Source of the DNA: Takakia lepidozioides
Lineage: Eukaryota > Plantae > Bryophyta
DNA: 64,000 nucleotides
Assembly (NCBI GenBank): GCA_030704615.1
Contig: CM060734.1
Location: 28,334,001 to 28,398,000 of the forward strand
Reading direction: 5' to 3'
Shown: in pieces, positions 50,791 through 61,679 of the stretch
Numbering within the stretch: the stretch's first letter is position 1
How the letters are laid out: each line of letters begins with the position of its first letter
Position numbers and translations under genes: made by a program
Notes under the pieces: generated by a model
Databases searched by the model: none
Told to the model about the DNA's origin: nothing
The model's input: the letters and a program-made list of their open reading frames with translations, nothing else

Positions 50791-51169
50791 CTGTCATGAG
50801 GGGACCTATAGCCGCGGAATTCGGCACCATTTTTCGCCAGAGAGACCTATTACCGCGAAATACGTCGCCGTTTTTTCAGGTTACGGACCCTATTACCGCG
50901 AAATTCGGCGCCATATTTGCACATGTCGCTGGGAATTGGCATGAGCGGAAGACGAAATATCATGAGCACAACTGTCAAAACTGCAATTTTCCCTTCAAGG
51001 GGCCGAATAATATATCTGTTTTTCCTGACACATTGCATTAAATTATTGTTTTTTATTGTTTTTTATTTTCGAAATTTGTACTTCTGCTCATGAAAACCGA
51101 TTGTCTTACTACTCTGCTCATGCCGCTCATGCCGCTCATGCCGCTCATGCTCATGAAATAGCAAACCTC

Positions 51170-51547
51170 GTGAAGGACTACTCCCTTCCTAGTTATGCAG
51201 CTAAACTTGCAAATACAGCGATTAGACGATGTGAGAATCCCAGTAAAGTAGAGCTGATTTTGGAGAGGGCTAGGGAGTACAGAAGGATAAGGAAAGAGTT
51301 GGCAGCAGCTGAGACAGGTAGACGGGTGCGAGAGTATATATGTAATTCAGCGGAAGAGAGCGATGCAGACAGGGAGGACGACGACCCAATGGAGGTGAGA
51401 TGGTCAGTTCCGCAAGGGGAAGATGGGATTTTCGAAAGCCTGGCCAATGAGCAGTCCGCTGGACATGACAAAGGCAATGACGGGGTGGAAGGGGAGCAGG
51501 ACAGTCAAGGACAGGATGACGATAGTGATGATTTTCAAGATTGGTAG
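51170..51547 (+). pseudogene. Small acidic cargo gene of the outer element; 5' part lies at ~44150-44202, across inner element 1
   Basis: The rejoined sequence DVL*SPMKDYSLPSY...EYICNSAEES...EVRWSVPQGEDGIFE aligns with DFMSSPEMDYILPTY...RFVLDSAEES...EVRWTVPQGEDGIFE of 60988-61404. Confidence 0.8.
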
Positions 51548-51680
51548 AATTTTAATTAACTCTCTGTACATTTACATTATCTTCCAGAGTATATAAAGGA
51601 AATTCTCCCCGATGTTGATGTCCCCTCTCCCATGTGCTTCTAAACGACACCATCTTCCAAACCACGTCCTTCCCAAAACC

Positions 51681-52290
51681 GGAAATGCGGCACCGCATTT
51701 CCAAAACCGGGGCAAGAACAAATTTTCCGTTTCATGGTTTGGACATCAGAAACTGTTCGGCCGAACGGAAATGCGGTGCCGCATTTTCGTTTTCGACACG
51801 AAAGTTTTGCCTATTGCCAGCTCCTTCCATGGAGGTAAATGGAAATGCGACGCCGCATTCGGAGGTCGAACATGTTATTTCCATGGCGGACATGCAAATG
51901 CGGTGCCGCATTTCCATTTTGGAGATGGATGTTTGTCCAATTCCAGACCCTTCGACGGAAATGCGGCACCGCATTCCATAGTCCAATAAGAAATTTCGAT
52001 GACAGACATGGAAATGCGGTGCTGCATTCCATTGTCCAATACAAAATTTTGATGACGAACATGGAAATGTGGTGCCGCATTTCCAGAACGGACATGGACA
52101 TGCATTGGCGATTGGACATGCTTGGACAATTCAAGGTCCAATATGGAAATGCGGTGCCGCATTTGGAATTCAAAGTATGGAAATGCCATGTCTTGAAATG
52201 AAATGCGGTACCGCATTTCCGTTACGACCATAACGGAGGAGTGGGAGCTGCCAGAAATCGCTGCATGGAAAAAAAATGCCGCATTTCCGA
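51681..52290. repeat. Degenerate GGAAATGCGG-NN-CCGCATT palindrome array with largely unrelated spacers
   Basis: Starts at 51681, 51767, 51841, 51894, 51957, 52010, 52063, 52145 and 52199. Confidence 0.88.
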
Positions 52291-53059
52291 GCTTGGGCAT
52301 GTACATGTTTCCTTTTACTCATACATGGATTTCCTTCACCTCATGACTCTGATATCGCTGACTCTGATATATTGATGTGGACAGAGACATTGTAGAAATG
52401 AGACCACAAATTGTAAACAGTGGGCCAATTACAGTAGTTCTTGAATACAATGAAACACTGCACACAAAAGTGAGGGACGATGGGTTGTTTTATTGATCGA
52501 ACAGGATGTCTCACATTTAGCAACTCCAGACAAATCTAAGCCCTTCTGCCTTCTACATAGGCGTCACCAAGTCGACGGAACTTCGATAGGAGGTTAGCTA
52601 GTTCATGAGCATGAGCGGCATGAGGGGAGTAGCAAGACAATCGGATTTCATGAGCAGAAGTACAAATTTTGGAAATAAAAAAAACATTAAAAACATTATT
52701 TTTAATGGAATGTGTCAGAAAAATCAATATAATATTCATTGTTTGAAGTAAAAATTAGTTTTGAGAGCCGTGTTCATGATATTTCGTCTTCCACTCATGC
52801 GAATTCCGAGCAACATCTGCAAAAATGGCGCCGAATTTCGCGGTAATAGGTTCCGCAACCGGAGAAATCTGCGACGTATTTTGCGGTAATAGGTGTCTCC
52901 GGCGAAAAATGGTGCCGAATTTCGCGGCTATAGGACCCAACATGGCAGGTGTGTAAGCCCAAAATTTGGAAATGTGGCGCCGAATTTCGGTACATGGTGC
53001 CGGGGATTGCACAGATGTTGGGCAGTTCTTGGGCCATGTAACTGGAGATTCGGCGCCGT

Positions 53060-54535
53060 TTTTTCAGACATCGGACTTGCGGTGCTCGACGAGACCTCCT
53101 CGGGCAACATCACGGGACCCCGAGGGAGCGTGCGAATATTCTTGTCAGCTCGCCATGAATCCTCTTCTCCGCCAGGTGACCAGTTTCGTCTCACTGGACG
53201 GGTGTGAACATCTCCTTCCAAGTGTTGGCCACTTCGAAGCAATGGCGTGTCCCGAAGGCCCTCTCGCAAGGCTGCCGCCCACTTGCGAGGATTCTTCAAT
53301 CTGGAGGCAGTCCGCATCAGCATTTCCTGCCTGTCCGGCCCCAAGCCCCACTGTTTCCCTTTCAAGAACTCATTGTACCTGCATTGCTGCATAATTGACC
53401 TCACAATGTTCTCCATTGTGGCAGTGAGGATGTCCACCAGATGCGCCGCAAAGGAGGCACGCCAGGAAGAATGTACTGATTCGGCCATGTTTGTTGTCAG
53501 CATGTCGGTGTCGGAGTCGAGACACATTTCCTGTATATGCACATGTTCAGGTTACAAGCAAATTACAAATAATGAGTAGCTAGCATAATATTCAACGTGA
53601 CGCAAATTCGTCCAACTCACCTCCCGCATATAGTCGCCGAACTGGAGGAAACGATAATGCCACCATGCTAGCCAACTGACCATTGCTCCCTCGTCTGATT
53701 TCTTTACAGCACCTGACGTTGTCCACCAAGCCCGTATACATGCAAACTGTGTCTCTGCATCGTCCAAGGTGGGAGCACGCTTCTACGCAAGACACATGGA
53801 ACGGTGCTCCTCTCTGAAATCTGGCGCCACGAGCCTGGTTGTGTACTGCGACAAGCTCTATAGAAAATGGAACCCACAAGATCTCTCCTTGTTTTTCATC
53901 GGAACATTGGGGTCTTCCCCGTACACCCTTCGGATGGCAGCCCAATTTGCTTGTGCGTTGTCCGCCATGAAACCACGGAAATTGGGAGGGGGAAATCCTG
54001 CCCTGGCCATCTGTTCGTTTATTCCCTGCCAAATAAGCATCTCCGATTGTGTGTCCTCTCCTTTCATCTCACAAATAACAATTGTCATTAGCATCCTGCA
54101 GTGGGTGTCGTAGACATGTGCACCCATTGTCACCCACTGGTGATTTGTAATTCGCTTGATATGGTCGAACATGACCCAACTGTTTGACAAGTCCCCACTC
54201 GTCATCCGGTGGACTAGTTCGACGCCGCTGCCAGGCCCACACGTTGACATTTTGAATACGAAACAGCGATCTGCCTCAGTCCCTTGTCCTGGAAATCTAC
54301 TTCCATGAATGTAGTCATATCCACATCGTCGCTTCACCTCCAGAATGGAGTGCATGTCCGAGCCACGCCCAATTCTATGTTTGCAGGAGACAATGTGGTT
54401 TCGGACATTCGGTGAACAGACGTGGAACACTGACTCCAGCAATGCCTCCATTTCCTTCTCATCGAGAGGAACTCTGTCGGAGCCATCTTCCGACATAATT
54501 CTGGCCAATGCCATCTTATGGGCGGCCTGCAGCGC
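53060..54535 (-). pseudogene. MULE transposase copy 3 (DDE core only); intron 53531-53620
   Basis: WVMFD, GFMADNA, CGFH and TNMAESVH. Intron bounded by GTGAGT...TACAG. Confidence 0.9.
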
Positions 54536-54659
54536 TCGCCCCCCCAGGCTTCTTGTCAGACGCCACAATTATTGGTTTGTGCAGCGCATCTGCACTGGTC
54601 ATATACCTTCTGACTACATACCATTGGCAGTTATTGCACAAAGGCCAGGGGCCGCATTC

Positions 54660-55205
54660 CTAGACTACAACAAGTTTGCAATTAAATCCGTTACACGCCT
54701 TCCCACAGACGTCGACGGTAATATCTTCTTTGAGTTCCCTCCTCGAACGGACTATTCCAGGGCGTCCAGAATGTTGATAGATATGGATAGGAAACATGAT
54801 GGTCATCCTTGGTGCGTCACCAAAACCACCAGCATGAAGATGCTCAATGGTGTGCGGGTGCGCTACGTTGTTTGTGCGGGCGCGTTGCGGTGTTTCTCCC
54901 CAACTTGCTTCCACTTTAAATCCAGAGGTCACAGGAACGAGACGGATTGGACAGACACAACTCATCAACCATTTCGAGCTCAGGAGAAGGTTCCAAACTC
55001 CACATTTAAGTGTGCACATTGCAAAGAACCACCACATTGCATGTCTGTTTATAATGCCAAGAAGTTCTATGTGTTGCACCATTTCCCTGACCTCACACGA
55101 GCTTGCATACACGTTGGTTCCCATTGTCACAAATTGGCAAGGGGTAAGTCGCGGGAGGCTGCCCACGAGGCAGAGCAGCTCGTTCAGGAGGAGGTTAAGT
55201 TGAGA
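54660..55205 (+). pseudogene. Inverted transposase fragment (GCM-like Zn domain)
   Basis: DYNKFAIK...DGHPWCVTK...CAHCKEPPHC...HVGSHCH. Preceded by ~55 bp matching 47507-47560. Confidence 0.88.
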
Positions 55206-55729
55206 TGACTGACAGGGTGTCGGTAGGTGAAGACAATGGATGCAGCCCGTTTGCCTTTGGTGTAGTGGACAACGGTGTCATCTCCTCTGATATATGCACC
55301 ATCGTAAATCGAGATCTTTGCTGTGGAGACTCTATGTCCATAGGACTCATCCTCGTAGCTTATGAGAATGTTCCCATACACTGTTTGCGATGGAATCCTC
55401 TCTGGCATGTACATACACCCGATACAATCCTCGTAGGCCCACTGGCAGCACCTCCAATGATGTAGGAAGGCCGTGCGGCTTTTGGGGATGTTCCATGCTG
55501 GCGGAAACTGCAGATCAATGATTCGTAGGCACCAAAGCCGCGCACGCCCGTCCCGGCGAGGCTGATCGTGGAGACCAGGAAGGTACTCAAGAGCGGACAG
55601 GTGCACCCTCCTCTGCTGAGAGTGGTCTATCCAATCCTGCAGGTATATGAAAATATCCCCTGACTTGGGCGAGAAGTCCCACGGGGTGAGATGCTTGTTT
55701 GGGCAATTGCTAGGATCCCGGCACGCCAT
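55205..55729 (-). CDS. Unknown 'WxCCxW' family protein, paralogue 1 (3'-truncated)
   Basis: Shares SGDI, LxAxEY..G, WxLxIxD, W(R/N)CC(Q/E)W, YGxI, SI(Y/F)DG and FT(Y/W) with the two paralogues at 61.7-63.4 kb. Confidence 0.75.
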
Positions 55730-55964
55730 CGCCGACTATTGAAAGGGCTACCAGGAAGCAGAGAGGGTGCCTAGGGAAGGGGGAGTGTGGGGAAGCTGAA
55801 GTGAGAGGAGCTCGGAGCGAGCAAGTGTTGTTGTTGTCTCGGTTTGAAACGCGTGGGTCACGAGCGAAGGTCGGGCAAGTGGCAAAGAAAAAGAGCAACA
55901 TTTAATATAGCCGTACCCAGGAATGAGGGGCAAAATTTAATTTAATTCGACATGGCGTCAAATC

Positions 55965-57645
55965 GGAGGGTGACGACACTTGGCCGACAGAGAACATCCC
56001 ACGGATGGAAAAATGACGCCGAATTTCCATACGAGGCCCGTCGGATGAAGTCGTCTCGGGGGGAGAGGTCGACACCTGGCCGACAGAAAACATCCCTCGG
56101 ATGGAAAAACGGCACCGAATCTCCAATGAGGCCGTTCGGATGAAGTTGTCTCGGGGGGAGAGGCCGACACCTGGCCTACAGAGAATATCCCCCGGATGGC
56201 AAAATGGCGCCGAATTTCCATACGAGGCCCGTCGGATGAAGTCGTCTCAGGGGGAGAGGCCGACACCTGGCCGACAGAGAATATCCCTCGGATGGAAAAA
56301 CGGCGCCGAATTTCCATCAGAGGCCGTTCGGATGAAGTTGTCTTGGGGGGAGAGGCCGACACCTGGCCGACAGAGAACATCCCATGGATGGAAAAATGGC
56401 GCCGAATTTCAATACGAGGCCCGTCGGATGAAGTCGTCTCGGGGGGAGAGGCCGACACCTGGCCGACAGAAAACATCCCTCGGATGGAAAAACCACGCCG
56501 AATCTCCAATGAGGCCGTTCGGATGAAGTTGTCTCAGGGGGGAGGCCGACACCTGGCCTACAGAGAATATCCCCCGGATGGCAAAACGGCGCCGAATTTC
56601 CATCAGAGGCCCGTCGGATGAGGTCAACTCAGGGGGAGAGGCCGACACCTGGCCGACAGAGAATATCCCTCGGATGGAAAAACGGCGCTGAATTTCCATC
56701 CAAGGCCGTTCGGATGAAGTTGTCTCGGGGGGAGAGGCTGACACCTGGCCGACAGAGAACATCCCACGGATGGAAAAATGGCGCCAAATTTCCATACGAG
56801 GCCCGTCGGATGAAGTCATCTCGGGGGAGAGGCCAACACCTGGCCGACAGAGAACATCCCTCGGATGGAAAATCGGCGCCGAATTTCCATCCGAGGCCGT
56901 TCGGATGAAGTTGTCTCGAGGGGAGAGGCCGACACTTGGCCGACAGAGAACATCCCACGGATGGAAAAATGGCGCCGAATTTCCATACGAGGCCCGTCGG
57001 ATGAAGTCGTCTCAGGGGGAGAGGCCGACACCTGGCCGACAGAGAATATCCATCGGATGGAAAAACGGCGCCGAATTTCCATACGAGGCCGTTCGGATGA
57101 AGTCGTCTCGTGGGGAGAGGACGACACCTGCCCGATAGAGAACATCCCTCGGATAGATTAACGGCGCCGAATTTCCATCCGAGGTCGTTCGGATGAAGTT
57201 GTCTCGGGGGGAGAGGCCGACACCTGGCCGACAGAGAACATCCCCCGGATGGAAAAACGGCGCCGAATTTCCATACGAGGCCCGTCGGATGAAGTCGTCT
57301 CGGAGGGAGAGGCCGACACCTGGCCGACAGAGAATTCCATCGGATGGAGAAACGGCGCCGAATTTCCATCCGAGGCCGTTCGGATGAAGTCGTCTCGGGG
57401 GGAGAGGCGGACACCTGGCCGATAGAGAACATCCCCCGGATGGAAAAACGGCGCCGAATTTCCATTCGAGGCCCGTCGGATGAAGTCGTCTCGGGGGGAG
57501 AGGCCGACACCTGGCCGACAGAGAACATCCCCCGGATGGAAAAACGGTGCCGAATTTCCAGACGAGGCCCGTCGGATGAAGTCGTCTCGGGGGGAGTGGC
57601 CAAAAGAGATCATCTGCAGGATGGAAAAACGGCGCCGAATATCCA
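55965..57645. repeat. 95-96-bp-period tandem array (~17 units, alternating two unit types), one GGCGCC-centred quasi-palindrome per unit
   Basis: Starts at 56003, 56099, 56194 and 56290. Units alternate gcccgtcgg and gccgttcgg. Confidence 0.95.
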
Positions 57646-57789
57646 TCAACAGACGCCCGTATCGACCCTTCATCAACAATTTTGATTCCTTTTTCGCGTT
57701 TTTTTGTCTAACCAGTCACTCAACTTAGAGTTTTTCGCCTGCGGTCCACTTTTTGGCACGTTATGCCCACCAATGTCGTCCGGTAGAGA

Positions 57790-58225
57790 CAAATTTGGTG
57801 CCGGATTTACATCCATGAGGTGGACCAACTTACTTGCAGGATGGAAATTTGGCGCCGGTTTTCCATCCTGCATCGTTCCGGTTTACCTACAGGATGGAAA
57901 TTCGGCGCCGGTTTTCCATCCTGCAGCTCTCCGGTTTACTTGCAAGATGGAAATTCGGCGCCGGTTTTCCATCCGGCCGCGCTCCCGCTTACCTACAGGA
58001 TGGAAATGAGAGCGCCGGTTTTCCATCCGGCCGAGCTCCGACTTGCCTGAAGGATAGAAATTCGGCGCCGGTTTTCCATCCGGCCGAGCTCCGACTTGCC
58101 TGAAGGATGGAAATTCGGCGCCGGTTTCTGGCTGCTTCTGGATGAGAACGTCTCGGGTGGAGGGAGGGCCACGGTGCGTCCCACTTCATCCGCTGGATGG
58201 AAATTCGGCGCCGTTTTTTTCCATC
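57790..58225. repeat. 53-bp-period GGATGGAAATTCGGCGCCGGTTTTCCATCC array
   Basis: Starts at 57839, 57892, 57945, 57998, 58052 and 58105. Confidence 0.92.
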
Positions 58226-58856
58226 CAGCGGGCTGTTGATGAAGTCTCGGGGGGAGGGTGGGCCAGGTGGCGCCTGTGGGCGACCTCCATACCTATATTT
58301 AAGGGCGCAGTTGCGCATTAAATGTCCTCCGCCGTCTGTTTTGAACCGGACGTTCCACACGGATACCGCGCTTGCTTCCCGGATACGCCTTCGACACCTG
58401 ATGTGACGGGTGGATGAAGTTCCATTCGAGGCATGTACGCCCGCATTCTGCGGGAGATTTTTTCTTTTACTCGGACTTATGCCGCGTGGAGAAGGGCGTG
58501 GCTCTCTTGAGAGAAACCCCACATCCAGACCGCGTCGCAAACTGAAGCCTTTATACTACGGGCGGCAATGCGGCAATGCGGCATTGCCAACCAGCCGAAC
58601 GGCGACAAAGCGGCAACGCGCCTTCTGTACAGGTACATACGCGTTGTCTTTCTTTGATCCGTGGCCATTGTAGTCCCTACATTTCCAGGATGTAAGTTGC
58701 CTTATGTGGCGCATGAAAATTAGTTGTGAAGCCCCTAGAAAAATGGCGCTGAATTTCCTGTTTCCGGCCATGGGGCGGATGGCTAAGCCTCGGGGGTGGC
58801 TGGCACAGTCTGGAAATTCGGCGCCATTTTTCCAGTTCCGGGCCCAGTCATTTCTA

Positions 58857-58934
58857 GGACTTAGCCATTTTTGGACCCTGTACTGGAAAAATGGCGCCAT
58901 TTTTCCAGTACAGGGTCCAAAAATGGCTAAGTCC
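58857..58934. repeat. Perfect 78-bp palindrome with no loop
   Basis: ggacttagccatttttggaccctgtactggaaaaatggc is followed directly by its exact reverse complement. Confidence 0.97.
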
Positions 58935-59070
58935 CTGGGGCGGATGGCACATGTTCTGGAAATTCGGCGCCATTTTTCCAGTTCCGGGCCCAGTCAGATC
59001 TGGGACTTAGCCATTTTCGGACCCATTCTGGAAAAATGGATGTGATTTTGTCTGTGTTTTTTGAATGTAG

Positions 59071-60859
59071 GTACTATAAGTTCTCCCTGTTGGAGAAAGG
59101 TCATCTATCCTTCCAGCCGCCATTCTTCCTCGCATGGAGGAACCCTGGAGCTGACTCCATGTACACTGATGTTATCGTGAAGGAGTGGCATCTGGAGCAT
59201 TTGCGTGACTGCCCTTAGTATGTGGACCTTCCGTCCGGCTCGCTCGACTCATCCGGATTCCAATTGAAGCTGGATGCGGAGGCCCGACGAAACCGGGCTC
59301 CGTTGCCTCCGCTGGGTCCAAAGGAGGCGAAAGCGCTTGCCAAGTCCAGGAAAGCGGCAGAGCTTGCTCAGGCAGGTATTCAAGAGAAATTGAATGAGAA
59401 GAATAAAGGACAAATGAAAAGGACACAGAAACAGGGGAGTAAAGTAACCCCCAAAAAACAGAAAACCACCGGGGCACCAGAGGAGGCACAGGAGGGGCTC
59501 CAAGGGAGTGACTCCGACAACGACTTTGTGCAAGGTCCTGCGACTGCTGCTGCTACTACCAAGTCACCGGTCGTCCGGGTTCCCAAGTTAATTCGGACTG
59601 GGACAAGCTCTGCCAAGAAGTTGGCATTTGAGGGCTAGCCTACACGGCGGTATTCGGCGGTGACGTTTCTGCAAAGGCCAAAGCTAGAATCCCCAACTGT
59701 CATCCAATGCGTCAATGAGAGCTTTCTTGACGCTCTGGCTGCTAGGGCGAAGAAGGTGGCACATAGCAAATCTCTGGAGGAGCTGAAGGGGAAAACCAAG
59801 AAGAGGGCTGCTGCTACAAAGCCTAAAGACACCCCTGGTTTTGAAGCCATGATGGAATTCTTCACGGCTGTGAGCACGGATTGCAAGAGCACTTGGGGGG
59901 GGGGGGGGGGGGGGGGGTTGGGGTTTGAGGTGGAGAGAGCCTGCGATATGATTCTCCTCGATATTCCAGATGGGGAGCTGCTGGAGGGCTTGGATGGTGT
60001 GCCCACCTAGAACAGGTTTACGGAGGACTATTGGAGAGCCGGGTTTGGCTGGCGGGGATGCTCCTGGATGACGGTGGATGTATGGTGGTCCTTGCCACAA
60101 GAGGGAAGACCACAGAGAATGTTGTGGCAAGGTGGACACCTAAAAGTGTCACCCCGGTCCTCCTGAAAAAATGGTTCTGCATCAATACGCAAGGGTTGCA
60201 ATTAGAGGGCCAGAGTGTAAGTTATCAATCTATTGCATTCACTTCATATTGTGGTGTATCTAAACTAGACCCTGGAGTGGATCCCTCTTTTGTTGGATGT
60301 GCAGACATTGGTGTTTGAGGCATATTGTTTTGTGAAGAGAGGGTCTACGTTCAAATTCCGCAATGACGGTCGTCTTGTTGATGCCGCTGTGGACCCTATT
60401 ACCTACGATGTCCTCTACAACTATGTGCCCCAATCCAGTATGCCGAAGGACACAAAGACAGGCAAACTGTGGCGGTACAGCCGGACCCGGAGCCCTGCTT
60501 TCATCCAAACCCTCATGGAGACGTGCTCGGATGTCCAAGGGCGGATTCTTGACCTCACATACGGCACGGGTAAGCCTTCATGTGCACATTTTGTCCCCTG
60601 GCCCGATTGCAATTGCATGCCGCAAGCTACTAACCACCCGCTTTGTCCCTCATGTGCTTCAATGTAGGCAGGGATGTTGTCCGACAGGCATGTCTTTGCC
60701 TTCGAGCCAAATACTGCCCTCCACAACTCTAAACTTGCAGCGGCTGAACGTCTGCCGAAAGAGGAAGAGGCATCCTCGGAGGATGAGGAAGAATCCGAGA
60801 AGGAGGTGGGGGAGGTACAAGTTGGGATCGAGGTCGATGAGCCCCCGGTTTACGAGTGA
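59071..60859 (+). pseudogene. Beta-class N6-adenine/N4-cytosine DNA methyltransferase-like gene, spliced and decayed; 5' exons missing
   Basis: One frame runs 59072-60045 through three TAGs. Motif IV-like CDMILLDIPDG (DIPDG 59960-59974), then LLDDGGCMVVL. Intron 60217-60304. Then RSPAFIQTLMETCSDVQGRILDLTYGTG (motif X/I), intron 60570-60653 (acceptor reads cat), and ASM*AGMLSDRHVFAFE (motif II). Confidence 0.72.
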
Positions 60860-60987
60860 GTGGTAGCATTGTAAGTTGCCTCTTGATTTTGTGAGGCACC
60901 TCCCTTCGCTCTCTTATTTCATTGAAAGACCCTTTTTGGTTTCTGCTGGTATTGACATTCTTAAAGTGGATTTGTTCTTACTACAAG

Positions 60988-61404
60988 ATGCCAAATACCG
61001 CAGGAGGGACATCTACACCGCAATTCATGGGCAGGAGGAACATGCCTTTTTTTGCCAGGGGGGATTTCATGTCGAGTCCAGAAATGGACTACATCCTTCC
61101 TACTTATGTTGCCTGGCTTGCTTTGGTGTCCATCAGGAGGTCTTCCGAACCTAGTCGTGTACAACAGATTTTAGACGAGGCAAGCCTCAAGAAAATGAAG
61201 ATGAGGGAGGAGGCAGCAGCTATAAGAGCCCGTCAGGCTCGTAGATTTGTCTTGGATTCTGCTGAGGAAAGTGGGGGAGAAGAGGCAGAAGATTCCCAGG
61301 AGGTGAGGTGGACAGTCCCCCAAGGAGAGGACGGAATTTTTGAGAGGCATAGTGGAACTGATGCATCACAGAGCTCGGAGGATGGGGGGGATGAGGGGGG
61401 ATGA
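60988..61404 (+). CDS. Small helical protein with an acidic tail (138 aa), MULE cargo, unknown function
   Basis: Open ATG-TGA frame with two homologues in the window. Confidence 0.7.
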   Translation: MPNTAGGTSTPQFMGRRNMPFFARGDFMSSPEMDYILPTYVAWLALVSIRRSSEPSRVQQILDEASLKKMKMREEAAAIRARQARRFVLDSAEESGGEEAEDSQEVRWTVPQGEDGIFERHSGTDASQSSEDGGDEGG

Positions 61405-61679
61405 GGAGGAAGGTGGGGCAAGTTCCTCGGAGTGTGTAAGAGAGTAGTGACCATTCTGGCTATGACAGTTAGGACACGCCTGTATTGATGTGGCTTGCCA
61501 CAAAATTTGCAATAAAATGTTGCATTTCATTGCTATGACGAGTCTACCGGTGCCACATTGCAACTTCACATGACCCTATTTCCGTGCCTCCTAACCCTAT
61601 TTCCATGGACACACAATGGTCCGCTCATGCTTTTTTTTTTCCCGCTCATGCTCATGCCGCTCATGAAATAGCAGCCCCC

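Larger units (their letters stand above)
44203..51169 (+). mobile_element. Inner MULE element 1 (6967 bp, deletion derivative)
   Basis: Imperfect TIRs GGGGGCTGCTATTTCATGAG and CTCATGAAATAGCAAACCTC. 9-bp TSD ATGAAGGAC (44194-44202) and GTGAAGGAC (51170-51178). Confidence 0.9.
52590..61679 (-). mobile_element. Inner MULE element 2 (9090 bp) carrying transposase remnants, a WxCCxW-family gene, a methyltransferase-like gene and the acidic gene
   Basis: Imperfect TIRs GAGGTTAGCTAGTTCATGAG and CTCATGAAATAGCAGCCCCC. Perfect 9-bp TSD CTTCGATAG at 52581-52589 and 61680-61688. Confidence 0.93.

Noticed and set aside
55902-57728. Many long ORFs with MEIRRRFS-type repeats (also at 38-39.6 kb and 44.6-47.5 kb)
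   Set aside because: They are translations of palindromic tandem repeats, open on both strands and in several frames.
59894-59917. Poly-Gly tract in the MTase-like protein
   Set aside because: It is a G homopolymer, likely slippage or a sequencing artefact.
44203-61679. One 17-kb element bounded by ~400-bp inverted repeats
   Set aside because: The flanks do not form a TSD. They are the same end of two separate elements, each with its own TSD.
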